Shown here: positions 17,320-27,375 of the stretch, piece by piece
How positions within the stretch are numbered: position 1 is the first letter of the stretch
Layout: every line of letters begins with the position of its first letter
IMG/VR virus record: IMGVR_UViG_3300008262_000226
Span: 62,001 to 126,000 of that record
DNA: 64,000 nucleotides
Reading direction: 5' to 3' (one strand)
DNA from: an uncultured virus (IMG/VR IMGVR_UViG_3300008262_000226)
Taxonomy: Duplodnaviria > Heunggongvirae > Uroviricota > Caudoviricetes
Position numbers and translations under genes: made by a program
The notes under the pieces: generated by a model
The model's database searches: none
The model's input: only the letters and a program-made list of their open reading frames with translations
What the model was told of the DNA's origin: nothing

Positions 17320-18240
17320 ATGTCTTTCGCTGACCTTAAGCGCAAATCTCAAAACTCCTTTGCTTCTCTGACTAAGGAACTTGAGAAAGCAAACTCTTCT
17401 TCTAGTGGCGATGATCGCTTCTGGAAACCTAGCGTTGACGCCGCTGGTAACGGGTTCGCTGTTATTCGTTTCCTCCCTGCACCTGATGGTGAGGAAATCC
17501 CTTTTGTGAAACTCTATTCCCATGCCTTCCAAGGTGATGGTGGTTGGTATATCGAGAACTCTCTCACCACTCTGGGTCAGAAAGATCCTGTGGGTGAGGT
17601 GAATCGCCGCCTGTGGAATAGTGGTCGTGATGCTGATAAAGAAACTGCTCGCAAGCAGAAGCGCAAACTGACTTACTACTCTAACATCTATGTGGTGAGT
17701 GATAAAGCCAATCCCGAGAATGAGGGTAAGGTGTTCCTGTATAAGTATGGCAAGAAGATCTATGACAAGATCTGTGCTGCTATGCAACCTGAATTTGAAG
17801 ATGAGTCTCCTGTGAATCCTTTCGATCTGTGGGAAGGTGCTAACTTCAAACTGAAGATCACCAACGTTGCTGGTTATTGGAACTATGATAAGTCTGAGTT
17901 CGCCGCCCCGTCTGCACTCTCAGCGGATGATACTGCGCTTGAAAAAATCTGGCGTCAAGCATACTCTCTCCAAGAGTTTGTCGCGCCGTCTAACTTCAAG
18001 ACCTATGAAGAACTGGAAGAGCGTCTGAATCTGGTGTTGGGTATCACTCAAACTCCTTCCCAAGCTCGTGCTGCTCAAGCAACTCGTGTGATGGATGAGG
18101 AAGAGGATGAAGAGTTCTCTGCTCCCGCTCCCGTCGCTCGCCGCGAACCTGCACTCCCTAAAGTTGCAGTTGCTGCTGGCGTAGATGAAGATGAAGACGA
18201 TGCTTTGAGTTACTTTGCTCGTCTTGCTGAGGAAGACTGA
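17320..18240 (+). CDS. Single-stranded DNA-binding protein gp32
   Basis: DDRFWKP..D..GNG.AVIRFLP, WYIENSLTT, acidic tail LSYFARLAEED. Confidence 0.97.
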   Translation: MSFADLKRKSQNSFASLTKELEKANSSSSGDDRFWKPSVDAAGNGFAVIRFLPAPDGEEIPFVKLYSHAFQGDGGWYIENSLTTLGQKDPVGEVNRRLWNSGRDADKETARKQKRKLTYYSNIYVVSDKANPENEGKVFLYKYGKKIYDKICAAMQPEFEDESPVNPFDLWEGANFKLKITNVAGYWNYDKSEFAAPSALSADDTALEKIWRQAYSLQEFVAPSNFKTYEELEERLNLVLGITQTPSQARAAQATRVMDEEEDEEFSAPAPVARREPALPKVAVAAGVDEDEDDALSYFARLAEED

Positions 18241-18247
18241 TAATAGT

Positions 18248-18274
18248 AAAGGGGGCATTATGCCCCCTTTTTTT
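18248..18274. terminator. Bidirectional intrinsic terminator
   Basis: AAAGGGGGCA-TTA-TGCCCCC-TTTTTTT. Confidence 0.85.
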
Positions 18275-18923
18275 ATATACCAGCTTTCTTGGTTGTTCGA
18301 TTTATGTAAGAACTAGACTTAGAATACTCCATCCCTAAATCAAATTGATCAATAAATTCTTGAACATATTCTGGTCTTAGGATATAAATTTTTCTTTTCT
18401 CATCATTCAATTTTAATTCATATTCATAATTAGTGATAGGTTTTGATATGGTATTTCCATTTACTGATACTACACTTCCATTATTATAGTATTTGTATAC
18501 ACTATTATAGAAAGATTGTTCTACTCTTAATCCAGATTTAAGCACAACTAACCCAGAACTATTCTTCACTTCGTATGTTTCATAGTGGTGAATACCTTCT
18601 GGGTTTCCGTATGTTTTTTGAACTATCTCATACAAATCAGATTCTCTGATTGGTAGATCAAAATAAGAATTGATAATATTATTTGTAATTAATATCACCC
18701 AATCAAAATCAGATTTTCCGTAAAATTTATATGACAGATAATCAATTCTGTCTGTGTCTGTCATGTTATATTCATTGAAAAAGTTCTGAAAGTTGTAAGA
18801 GCTTTCAGTTACTTTGTATCTTCTGAAGAAATTTTTAGCAAGAACATATTCTCTTTCCGAGAATGGAAAGGTCAATGGTTTCTTGTCGTATTCTATGTTT
18901 GGTAAACGTTTGAAGTATGACAT
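18273..18923 (-). CDS. Baseplate wedge protein gp53
   Basis: MSYF..LP...KNFFRR, YG..D.DWVILITN, HHYET, TNYEYE..LN..KR.I. Confidence 0.9.
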   Translation of the reverse strand: MSYFKRLPNIEYDKKPLTFPFSEREYVLAKNFFRRYKVTESSYNFQNFFNEYNMTDTDRIDYLSYKFYGKSDFDWVILITNNIINSYFDLPIRESDLYEIVQKTYGNPEGIHHYETYEVKNSSGLVVLKSGLRVEQSFYNSVYKYYNNGSVVSVNGNTISKPITNYEYELKLNDEKRKIYILRPEYVQEFIDQFDLGMEYSKSSSYINRTTKKAGI

Positions 18924-19786
18924 TATCGTGCTCTACCTGATTCTAAATCATCTCTGAATACAAGTTTGGTTTCTTTAAATCCAACTGTTAGTTGAATTCC
19001 TATTGGTTTACCATCTTCAAATGACATATAACTTCCTTCCGTAACGTAACTTATATTTACTGAAGTTATACCCGAAACTTTATACTTGGGTAAGTATTCG
19101 TTTTCACCACCGCCAGCTTTAAAGAATTTCACTTCACATAATTTAGGTAGGTTTATAAAATTTTTACCTTCTGTTCCGAATATACTATTTGCTGTTGATG
19201 GAACACATGCTTCTCTAAAAGTCTTTACGATATCTAATATCGCTTGCGCTTCGCCAGATGACTGAGGAATCATTTTAAAACTATATCCATGAGACCTCAA
19301 TCCAAATCCACTATAAAGAAGTTCTGTATTTGGATTTAATATAGTTCCTGATGTTAATGCTAAAACATCATTATAATTTAAATTCGCTCCCAGTCCAGGA
19401 AGATTGGAAAAACTAGTTGCGAGATATTTTACTGCATCATCTCCAGCTGCTTTTGCAAAGTTTGTGAATTTTTCTCCAGGATTTTTAAAGACAGAATCAA
19501 TAGCGCCTTGCAAATTTCCTTTTGTTACTGCTTGAGATATTGGTTCTGCTACAGCACCCAAGGCAAATTGCGCTAGAGAAGTTGTATCTTTTCCTTGCCA
19601 ATTACCAGAAAAGGAAGTTCCCACATCACTAGGCATATTCATTGCAATTGTGCTACCACTAGCAGTGTATCCTTGCGTCTGACTATATGCACTACTTCCA
19701 CCTGAAACTGGTGGCTTATAATCACCAAATGAAAATTGGATCCAGTCACTACTACCATCAATATCTGCTGGATATTTTAATGTCAT
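18923..19786 (-). CDS. Baseplate tail-tube cap gp48-like
   Basis: LKYP, NPNTELLY.G..LR...F.M.P.S..EA, L.V.FKET. Confidence 0.85.
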   Translation of the reverse strand: MTLKYPADIDGSSDWIQFSFGDYKPPVSGGSSAYSQTQGYTASGSTIAMNMPSDVGTSFSGNWQGKDTTSLAQFALGAVAEPISQAVTKGNLQGAIDSVFKNPGEKFTNFAKAAGDDAVKYLATSFSNLPGLGANLNYNDVLALTSGTILNPNTELLYSGFGLRSHGYSFKMIPQSSGEAQAILDIVKTFREACVPSTANSIFGTEGKNFINLPKLCEVKFFKAGGGENEYLPKYKVSGITSVNISYVTEGSYMSFEDGKPIGIQLTVGFKETKLVFRDDLESGRAR

Positions 19787-20463
19787 TGACTTACTACCTC
19801 GATGTCTTCTGGTCTACCATAACCTTTGATGATTCTTTTTGCTTTGATTCTATCATTATATTTTTCGTTGGTTTCTTTCCATACATCAGATGACTTGTAT
19901 GGAACTAAAACGTTTCCTCTTTCTCTAACAAAATGTTCTATCGGCAAAGCAATAGCAGTATCCCATTCATCAATCGCAAGATCTAAAAGGAATCCATCTA
20001 CATGGTCTAAAATATATTTATGGAAACATGCACGAGGTAAATCAATACGATCATTTTTTAATTTTTCTATAGCAAGCACTCTTTTTCTCGGATCCATGTA
20101 GTGTAAATTAGCACCAAAGAAATGATCTGAGTTTGCTTTGATGACATATACTAATGGAAATGTATCATAGTATGGTAGATACTTCATCTTAGCTTTATAT
20201 TCAAAAAGAAATAGTCTACCTACTCTTGCGTATCTTCTGAGTTGGTTTTGGTCTTTATTTTCTTCTGTGTCTGCTCTATCTCTACGTTCATCACGTATTG
20301 TTTTATCTGGTTGTTGTTTGTATTCTAAAGCCATGGTGCGAACAGTCTTTCTATACCACTGCCAAGATTGTTCTTCGCTCCCTGCTTTTTCTTTAACTCT
20401 TTCAAATAAAGTATTATATCCTTTTCTAGTTTTAGATGTTTCTTTTTTAAATCCTTGTGCCAT
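19783..20463 (-). CDS. DNA end protector gp2-like
   Basis: LPYYD.FPLV, GANLHY, FHKY. Confidence 0.85.
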   Translation of the reverse strand: MAQGFKKETSKTRKGYNTLFERVKEKAGSEEQSWQWYRKTVRTMALEYKQQPDKTIRDERRDRADTEENKDQNQLRRYARVGRLFLFEYKAKMKYLPYYDTFPLVYVIKANSDHFFGANLHYMDPRKRVLAIEKLKNDRIDLPRACFHKYILDHVDGFLLDLAIDEWDTAIALPIEHFVRERGNVLVPYKSSDVWKETNEKYNDRIKAKRIIKGYGRPEDIEVVSQ

Positions 20464-20466
20464 CTG

Positions 20467-20901
20467 CTACACCCCCAAGTGATCTTCGGTGAGAATAAGG
20501 AATTGCATTTGTCTATCCTCACACCAGTCACTTGCGGCTTCCCATTTCGCTTGGTTTTTTAGAAACGTTAGAACCTTGTCTTTGTATACTTTAGTTTGTT
20601 TCTTTGCTGGAGGTGGAGGAGTTGTCTGTTTCTTTGGTTTAATTTCAACAAGATATTTTTTAATTTCATTTGATTTTGTACGAACTTTGATATAGAAGTC
20701 TACATAATAACGATGAACCCTTCCATCAATAGGTGAACGATAAGGTATCACAACTTCCTCACTGCCCCACTCAATGACACTGCTGTTTCTGTCACAGAAT
20801 ATCATAAACTTTCTTTCCCATAACGAACGATAGATTATATTCATAGGGTTACCCCTATACTTCGTGGGATTTATGGGGCGATAAAATCCCGAGTATGCCA
20901 T
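20467..20901 (-). CDS. Head completion nuclease gp4
   Basis: P.KY.G....I.YRSLWE, W.SEE..IPY.SP.D...HRYY.DF, EIKP. Confidence 0.92.
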   Translation of the reverse strand: MAYSGFYRPINPTKYRGNPMNIIYRSLWERKFMIFCDRNSSVIEWGSEEVVIPYRSPIDGRVHRYYVDFYIKVRTKSNEIKKYLVEIKPKKQTTPPPPAKKQTKVYKDKVLTFLKNQAKWEAASDWCEDRQMQFLILTEDHLGV

Positions 20902-20935
20902 AAATATAAATATAACTTCTCAAGGTATTTATTAA

Positions 20936-21550
20936 ATGGGCGTTCAAACCTATTTAACAGCAATCTCAAATGGAAGAGGGATGGCAAAAAGCAATCTCTA
21001 TTCTGTTTATTTTTCTGGAGGTGTTATCAACGAACTGATAGGAGATTTTGGCGGCATTGACAGAAAAGCTGGAACGCAACCTTCTCTAGTTGGAGAACGA
21101 GTTAATATCATGTGTGATGAAGTATCCTTACCAGGAGTTCAATCCTCGACAGGTAGTGTGGTTAGACATCCTGGAGCAAATCCAATTTACTATCCAACCA
21201 ATCCAATATATAATGACCTTCAATTATCTTTTATGTGTGACGCAGAGATGCAAGCACTGAATTTCTTAACAGATTGGCACGCTAAAATTTACAAGAAAGT
21301 TGGTAATTCATATCAAATTAATTACCCAGAAAAATATAAATGCACTACATTAACTATCGAAAAAAACGAAAAGGATTCTAAATCTGAAGTTGGTTTGACC
21401 CCTGTTAAATATGAACTTAAAGATGCATGGGTTTATTCAGTTGATGCTATTCCTCTCTCGTATGGATCTAGTCAAATAGTTAAGGTGACTGCTAACTTCT
21501 ACTACACTAATTGGAATGCAACTTTCAACCGTCTCAACACTATAACCTAA
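20936..21550 (+). CDS. Tail tube / tube-initiator (gp19/gp54-like) protein
   Basis: C..VSLPG, F.CD..M..L.F...W, L.DAW...V.AI.LSYG; late promoter TATAAATA near 20906. Confidence 0.75.
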   Translation: MGVQTYLTAISNGRGMAKSNLYSVYFSGGVINELIGDFGGIDRKAGTQPSLVGERVNIMCDEVSLPGVQSSTGSVVRHPGANPIYYPTNPIYNDLQLSFMCDAEMQALNFLTDWHAKIYKKVGNSYQINYPEKYKCTTLTIEKNEKDSKSEVGLTPVKYELKDAWVYSVDAIPLSYGSSQIVKVTANFYYTNWNATFNRLNTIT

Positions 21551-21587
21551 ATATTTTTACGAACATATTATCTTCTTTGGAGTAATC

Positions 21588-22304
21588 ATGACTTTACCAA
21601 AACCACCAGTGCCAACATATGAGTTGGAATTGCCATCATCAGGAAAGACAATTAAGTATAGACCATTTCTAGTTAGTGAAGAAAAGATTCTTCTTATGGC
21701 TATGGAATCTGAAGATGAAAAACAAATCACACAAGCAGTAAAAGATATTGTGAAAGCTTGTGTTCTTACGAAGGGTGTGAAGATTGAAGACCTAGCATCA
21801 TTTGATATCGAATACATCTTTCTCAACATACGTGGCAAATCTGTTGGTGAAGAAGTTAAAATGAAAATCATCTGTAATGATGACAATGAAACAGAGGTAG
21901 AATATACTTTAGATTTAAGTAAAGTAGAAGTTCAAAAAAATCCAGATCATGATGCTAAAATATTATTAGATGATACTACAGGTATTGTGATGAAGTATCC
22001 TGGTGTTGATCAGTTTATTCAAACACAAATCATGATGAAGTCATTGAACGCAGAAGAAGTATTTGATATTATTATTGATTCTGTTCATCAGATCTTTTCT
22101 GGAGAAGAAGTGTTCGAGGCTAAAACAACATCAAGAAAAGAAATTGAAGATTGGATGGGTGGATTAACTTCCAAACAATTCGAGAAAGTTAAAGATTTTT
22201 TTGCTACCATGCCCAAGTTAGCGCATACATTTAAAGTTACTAATCCTAACACTGGAGTTGAATCTGAATACACAATTGAGGGTCTGGTAAATTTTTTCGG
22301 GTGA
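21588..22304 (+). CDS. Baseplate hub assembly protein gp26
   Basis: LP....P.YEL.LPSSG..IKYRPFLV.EEK.LL, IR.KSVGE, FF.TMPKL. Confidence 0.92.
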   Translation: MTLPKPPVPTYELELPSSGKTIKYRPFLVSEEKILLMAMESEDEKQITQAVKDIVKACVLTKGVKIEDLASFDIEYIFLNIRGKSVGEEVKMKIICNDDNETEVEYTLDLSKVEVQKNPDHDAKILLDDTTGIVMKYPGVDQFIQTQIMMKSLNAEEVFDIIIDSVHQIFSGEEVFEAKTTSRKEIEDWMGGLTSKQFEKVKDFFATMPKLAHTFKVTNPNTGVESEYTIEGLVNFFG

Positions 22305-22306
22305 GC

Positions 22307-22471
22307 ATGTTCCATGAGAGCCTTGCTAATTATTATCAGTCAAATTTTAATCTCATGTATATTCATAAGTTTAGTTTGACTGAATTGGATAACATGCTCC
22401 CCTGGGAAAGAATGGTTTATATTACTATGTTGAATGCTTATATTGAAGAGCAGAACAGTAAGAATAAATGA
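22307..22471 (+). CDS. Baseplate hub assembly catalyst gp51-like, 54 aa
   Basis: L.NYY..NF.LM..HK.SLTEL.NM.PWER..Y. Confidence 0.85.
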   Translation: MFHESLANYYQSNFNLMYIHKFSLTELDNMLPWERMVYITMLNAYIEEQNSKNK

Positions 22472-25191
22472 ACTACGATTACTTACCCCAACCACCTGAA
22501 GGTGTATTAGATCCAAAGATACCTTGGAGTAGGATTAATCCTAACTCTAGGTTGTGGTTGGTTTTAAAATCAAAATTAACTGGCAGAAGACAGGGAGATG
22601 AATTCTATAGTTCATATGTAAATCTTTCTGATGCTGATGCTGATAAACTGATTGCAAACATGAAGAAGGATCCTCGTGGGTATCCTTCTTTAGATCAGAC
22701 TAGTGGCACTCCTGTTCAGTGGATGGAAAGACAGAGATTATATCAAGAGTGGTTGGTAGAAGCATACCTCGAAAATCCTTTTCGTGAAGATGTAAATAAA
22801 AAAATTGAAGCAGCTGAACAAGAAAGAAGATTACTAGAAATACAGGAACAAAGAAAAAAAGAAAAAGAAGAGAAGGAAGAGAGAGAAAAAAGAAAGAAAG
22901 AGCGCGAGCAGATCAAACCCCCAGAGACATCCGTTCCTGCTCCTGTAGCACCTGCTCCTGTTGAACCTGCTTCTGTGCCAGCAGCACCTGCTCCTGCTGC
23001 TCCAGAAGCACGCAAACCCAAGCCAGCGCCTTTGAGAGATGAGGATCTGGTTGCCCCATATCGAATGCCATCGAATGTTTCTAAAGCGATGGCGAGTTAT
23101 GGTGATGCTTTAGATGCTATTGGTAATCAATTATCAAAACAGAATTCTATTCTCACTAGAAACCTAGGTTACTTAAGAAGGATAAATGAAGATCTTGGTG
23201 ATGTAGAATTCTTACTCGGTCAGATGACTGAGAATTATCAAGAAGCACTTGATGATTTTGAAACCGAAGAAAGAAAAAAAGCATTACGAAAAAAGATTGT
23301 TGGTAAAATATTTTCTCCATTTGGTAGTGGAAAAGAACCACCTTCGAAGGTAAAACCAAAACAAGAGAAGAAACAAAATTGGTTTGATGGGATCACCTCG
23401 TTCTTTAATCCAAGTAAAAGACCAGAAAAAAAATTAGCATCAGGTGGAATTGCATTAGGTCAAACGGGAGGAGATAAAGTAATACCTCCAGGTGTGTATG
23501 ATAATCCTATCAGAGGTAGACTAGCGCCAGGAACTGTAGTCGTTCCTCATAACAGAAACGACGGGAAGAGAATACTAAACCAATATGATCAGCAATCTTA
23601 TATACAATCTTTCGGTGATGTATTAGCAAAATCATCAAATGCTTTACTTGGTTCTGCTGTTGTTGTATATGGATCTGTTCTTCGTAGTTTAGGTCCTCTT
23701 GCTGGATATTTTAATACTAGTATTTCTGGATTAATACCTACAGTATCTTCAATACTCAGCATATCTCGCAGTGCTGTTATTGATATGTTTGGTGGTCCTG
23801 CGTATGCAGGAACTACAGAAAATACACAAGATCTGAAATCATTCTATAAATCCTGGCGTGTTTATATGAATGATAATGATTTATATTTTCCAGGTGCTAC
23901 TGGTGTTTTTGGTGGAGCTCCATTACCTTCAGGAGAGATTGCAGAAGATATAGGTATCATTTCTTCTGCTGCCGATCTTAGATACGTTGGTGGAACTAAT
24001 GTAAATAAATTACCTGCATGGATACCTTTTTCAAAAGAAGATACAAAGAAGATTGGATATGTATCTGGGTTTGGATATAGGTGGGGAAGGCAGCATAGTG
24101 GTATTGATTTAGATGGCGATCCTGGCATCAAAATTATTTCACCTTTTGCTGGAACTGTATATGACATTAATAAAAACTGGCCAGCTGATGGTGGTGGTGG
24201 GTATGGTAATTTGGTTGGCATCGCCCACGATCAACCAAAAATATTTACATTTTATGGTCACTTAAAAGATGTTGCTACCAATTTGGAGATGGGATCTAAA
24301 GTAAAAGCAGGTGAAGTAATAGGAACAGTGGGTAACACTGGTCGTTCTTTTGGTCCCCACCTGCACTGGGAAGTTAGAACACAGGCTAGCGGAGGGCAAA
24401 TAGATCCCGTTGAATGGACGCATCAAAACAAACCAAGTTTTGCTGTTGGTGGATGGTTCAAACCATTGGTTAATTTAGTTAGGAATGTCACTAGACCAAA
24501 AGGACTTAGTATCAGAGGAGTTCAAGCTGGTTTTACTGGCATGGCGAGAGAAGGATTTGAGGCTATTATGAAAGGTGACAAATTTAGATTGGGTAAATGG
24601 AAACCACAGATACTTGGCAGGGGAGCATACTCTGCTCCAACACTAAAAGGTGCTCAAAGATATGCTGGTGCTCAAGGATCTTTAGGAGGCAAGCAAACTC
24701 CTGGTGGTGTTGTGAAGAGTATTGTTCCAGGAACTGCTAGGAGGATTGATATATTAGAACCACAAGCAGCAGTGAAACCAGCAACATTTGATAAGGGTAA
24801 ACTGTTAGCAGATAAGTTACTACAAGGTGCATATGCAAACAGCCCATTAGCAAACAATCTTCGTTTACAACTTATAACTGGCAGTGCTCAAAATGTTGGT
24901 GTTGGAATGGGAAAACTTTTCAGTAAAGCAATTGGTATTTTAAATGCTCCTGTAATTGGAGACATGTTATTCCCAGAACCAACTGCTGCTGGAACATTAG
25001 ATTATGCTAGATCTCAAGGGTGGGTCACACCGCAATCATCAAAACCACCAGTAAAACAAACTACCATTCAGATGCCACCATCTTCTGCAAATGTATCTCC
25101 TGCACCCAGAGCATCTTCAAAACCTCAGTTTGTAAATATTGATATACCAACTGGTGAAGTATTAACCACTACACAAATGAGGCGCATGTAA
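22468..25191 (+). CDS. Hub/tape-measure-like virion protein with an M23 peptidase domain
   Basis: HSGIDL...GYGN...YGHL...GPHLHWEV (about 24060-24420); coiled coil and Pro/Ala linker. Confidence 0.85.
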   Translation: MNYDYLPQPPEGVLDPKIPWSRINPNSRLWLVLKSKLTGRRQGDEFYSSYVNLSDADADKLIANMKKDPRGYPSLDQTSGTPVQWMERQRLYQEWLVEAYLENPFREDVNKKIEAAEQERRLLEIQEQRKKEKEEKEEREKRKKEREQIKPPETSVPAPVAPAPVEPASVPAAPAPAAPEARKPKPAPLRDEDLVAPYRMPSNVSKAMASYGDALDAIGNQLSKQNSILTRNLGYLRRINEDLGDVEFLLGQMTENYQEALDDFETEERKKALRKKIVGKIFSPFGSGKEPPSKVKPKQEKKQNWFDGITSFFNPSKRPEKKLASGGIALGQTGGDKVIPPGVYDNPIRGRLAPGTVVVPHNRNDGKRILNQYDQQSYIQSFGDVLAKSSNALLGSAVVVYGSVLRSLGPLAGYFNTSISGLIPTVSSILSISRSAVIDMFGGPAYAGTTENTQDLKSFYKSWRVYMNDNDLYFPGATGVFGGAPLPSGEIAEDIGIISSAADLRYVGGTNVNKLPAWIPFSKEDTKKIGYVSGFGYRWGRQHSGIDLDGDPGIKIISPFAGTVYDINKNWPADGGGGYGNLVGIAHDQPKIFTFYGHLKDVATNLEMGSKVKAGEVIGTVGNTGRSFGPHLHWEVRTQASGGQIDPVEWTHQNKPSFAVGGWFKPLVNLVRNVTRPKGLSIRGVQAGFTGMAREGFEAIMKGDKFRLGKWKPQILGRGAYSAPTLKGAQRYAGAQGSLGGKQTPGGVVKSIVPGTARRIDILEPQAAVKPATFDKGKLLADKLLQGAYANSPLANNLRLQLITGSAQNVGVGMGKLFSKAIGILNAPVIGDMLFPEPTAAGTLDYARSQGWVTPQSSKPPVKQTTIQMPPSSANVSPAPRASSKPQFVNIDIPTGEVLTTTQMRRM

Positions 25192-25192
25192 T

Positions 25193-27349
25193 ATGTTACT
25201 CAACAATCTTATTCCACAAAAAGCAAAGCAAACTAGACAGGAAGCAGTAAGTTTTGAAAGCTCACTTGCTTCAGAATTTAGATCATTAACATCAAAGAGT
25301 GGTGAGAATGTAAGGAAGGTTAATCAGCAATTAGATATTTTAATAGAGCAAGCAGAATTAGAAAACGAAATTGCTAATCGTGTTGCTAAACTAGCAGCAA
25401 TGTTTTCTAAAAATTCTTTGCTGGAAACTTTATCTTACTCTAAGATAGAGGAAAGATTATCAGTATTTCCTAAAAAGACAGAAGAAGATATTATATTAGA
25501 AAAAAAGAATACAAAAAAGTCTAAGGTTTCAGAACCTAAAAAACAACCTAAAGTAAATCCCCCCAAAAAATTGGCATCGGGTGGTGTTACTCCTCCAGCT
25601 TCTGGTTTGAATAAAGACAAACTTCAATCAAATAAAGGGGAGCAGATTGCTTATAGTGAAGTATTACAGCTCTCGATGAGAGCATCTGGTATTTTTGCAA
25701 TCACTACTCTAGGAGAATTCATACAAGGAACAGGGGCTCTCGGGGCATTTTTTAAACCTTATTTGAAATCAGTCGTAACACCATTTGCATTATCATTAGG
25801 GGTTGAGCAGAATTTAATTAACAGTTTATTAAATTCTCCAATTGAATCTGCATCTTTGGAATTAAAAAATCAACAAAAAGAGTTTGGTAAAACTTGGGCT
25901 AAATTTTTAAATGATCCTGATTTTGTTAAGATTTATATTGATAGAGAAGCAACTCTCGATGCTCAAGGAAAACCAAAAGGATTTGTTCCTGCTGATTGGA
26001 AGGAAGATCCTGAGTTTGTTGCTTTAGTTAATGCGTTTGCAGAAGAATGGGAATTGAATGCAAATGGATTGCTTGCGTTAATGGCAAGTGAAAGTGGATT
26101 GAAACCAGATGCAGAAAATGATGGTGGTTGTGTTGGATTAATTCAGTTTTGCCCTGGTGGTGGTTTACCTGGAACAGGAAAATCAGCGGCAGAACTCAAA
26201 GCAATGAGTCGAAGTGAGCAGTGGCCTTATGTAGTAAAATATTGGGTTGGTGTTGGATTGAAAAAAGGAATGACAGCTGGTGATATCTATGGATTGACTC
26301 ACGTTCCTGCTTGGTATGGAAAAGCAGTGAACGGATTAGCAGTAGGATCTCCAGAGAGAATGAATGCTGTAGTTGCTACTTCTGCTGATGGTCCTGCGTA
26401 TTCTCAAAATGCTAGACTTGATTTTAATGGAGATGGGAAGATAACAGTTCAAGATTACGACGATGAGGTTAGAAGAGTTGGTAAAAATTTCGGAATAAAA
26501 TATGAGACTGGAGGTTACTATACTCCAGAAGAATTAGATATGGTAACACCAATGACGCCATATCTATTATCCGGACCCGATTCTGGTTATGATGTAGTGA
26601 TTCAAAATACTCCTATCATAATGCACGGTGATGAGATTGTTGAAGAGACACCAGAAGGAGTTAAAATTTATCCAGTAAAAAATAGACTGTATGATATCAC
26701 AAAAGATCCAGTTGATGTTATAAAAAGATGGCAACAAATTTCTTTGCAATCTAATACTCAACGTGTGGAATCATTTGCAAGAGGTGGAGTAACACAACGC
26801 CCCTGGTGGGATAAAATGGGTTGGTTCGGTGGCGCGGCGGCGGAAAGAAAAAGAACACAAAAAAATCGCAAGAGAAATTACGGTGATGATTACAAAAGAC
26901 AAGAATTAATTCTTGCGGCAAAAGCATCTGGTGGTAGTGGTCTTGCTGACATTAGGGGTAGTCAAAGACTAAAGCAAGTATTTGATGATCAGAGAACTAC
27001 AACGAACAAACTATCTCCAAGTAAATCAGAATCTCTAGTCATTTCTAAGTTAGATCCTTCTCTAACACCGATGCAAAATTGGGCTAAATTATTTCCAGAT
27101 CTTGCCAGAAAAGTTAAACCAGGGCAATCTGGATACGATGAAATACAAAAAGTCTTATCATCTTCAGGAACCAGAGAAGTAGCATCACAAACAAAATCAA
27201 CTGGCACAGTAATTGTAAATAGAATCCCAATAGAATCCTCACCTAATGTGTCTCAATCTGTTCAAAGTTCTACGCCCACACAAATTACTACAGTTACTTT
27301 CAATCCTCATCGATTGAGATCAGAACTTAATATGAGACGCGCTCGATAA
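25193..27349 (+). CDS. Virion protein with a lytic-transglycosylase-like domain
   Basis: LMASESG..P.A.N..G.VGLIQF...QW.YV..Y and NARLDFNGDGKIT. Confidence 0.8.
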   Translation: MLLNNLIPQKAKQTRQEAVSFESSLASEFRSLTSKSGENVRKVNQQLDILIEQAELENEIANRVAKLAAMFSKNSLLETLSYSKIEERLSVFPKKTEEDIILEKKNTKKSKVSEPKKQPKVNPPKKLASGGVTPPASGLNKDKLQSNKGEQIAYSEVLQLSMRASGIFAITTLGEFIQGTGALGAFFKPYLKSVVTPFALSLGVEQNLINSLLNSPIESASLELKNQQKEFGKTWAKFLNDPDFVKIYIDREATLDAQGKPKGFVPADWKEDPEFVALVNAFAEEWELNANGLLALMASESGLKPDAENDGGCVGLIQFCPGGGLPGTGKSAAELKAMSRSEQWPYVVKYWVGVGLKKGMTAGDIYGLTHVPAWYGKAVNGLAVGSPERMNAVVATSADGPAYSQNARLDFNGDGKITVQDYDDEVRRVGKNFGIKYETGGYYTPEELDMVTPMTPYLLSGPDSGYDVVIQNTPIIMHGDEIVEETPEGVKIYPVKNRLYDITKDPVDVIKRWQQISLQSNTQRVESFARGGVTQRPWWDKMGWFGGAAAERKRTQKNRKRNYGDDYKRQELILAAKASGGSGLADIRGSQRLKQVFDDQRTTTNKLSPSKSESLVISKLDPSLTPMQNWAKLFPDLARKVKPGQSGYDEIQKVLSSSGTREVASQTKSTGTVIVNRIPIESSPNVSQSVQSSTPTQITTVTFNPHRLRSELNMRRAR

Positions 27350-27375
27350 ATACTTTTACTAGGAGAGATAAATAG

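Noticed and set aside
17170..17787. 205-aa minus-strand ORF
   Set aside because: Antisense to gp32 with no recognisable motif.
20467..20901. TnsA-like nuclease as a transposon
   Set aside because: Sequence and position match head completion protein gp4.
22900..23060. GC-rich repetitive patch
   Set aside because: It encodes a Pro/Ala linker.
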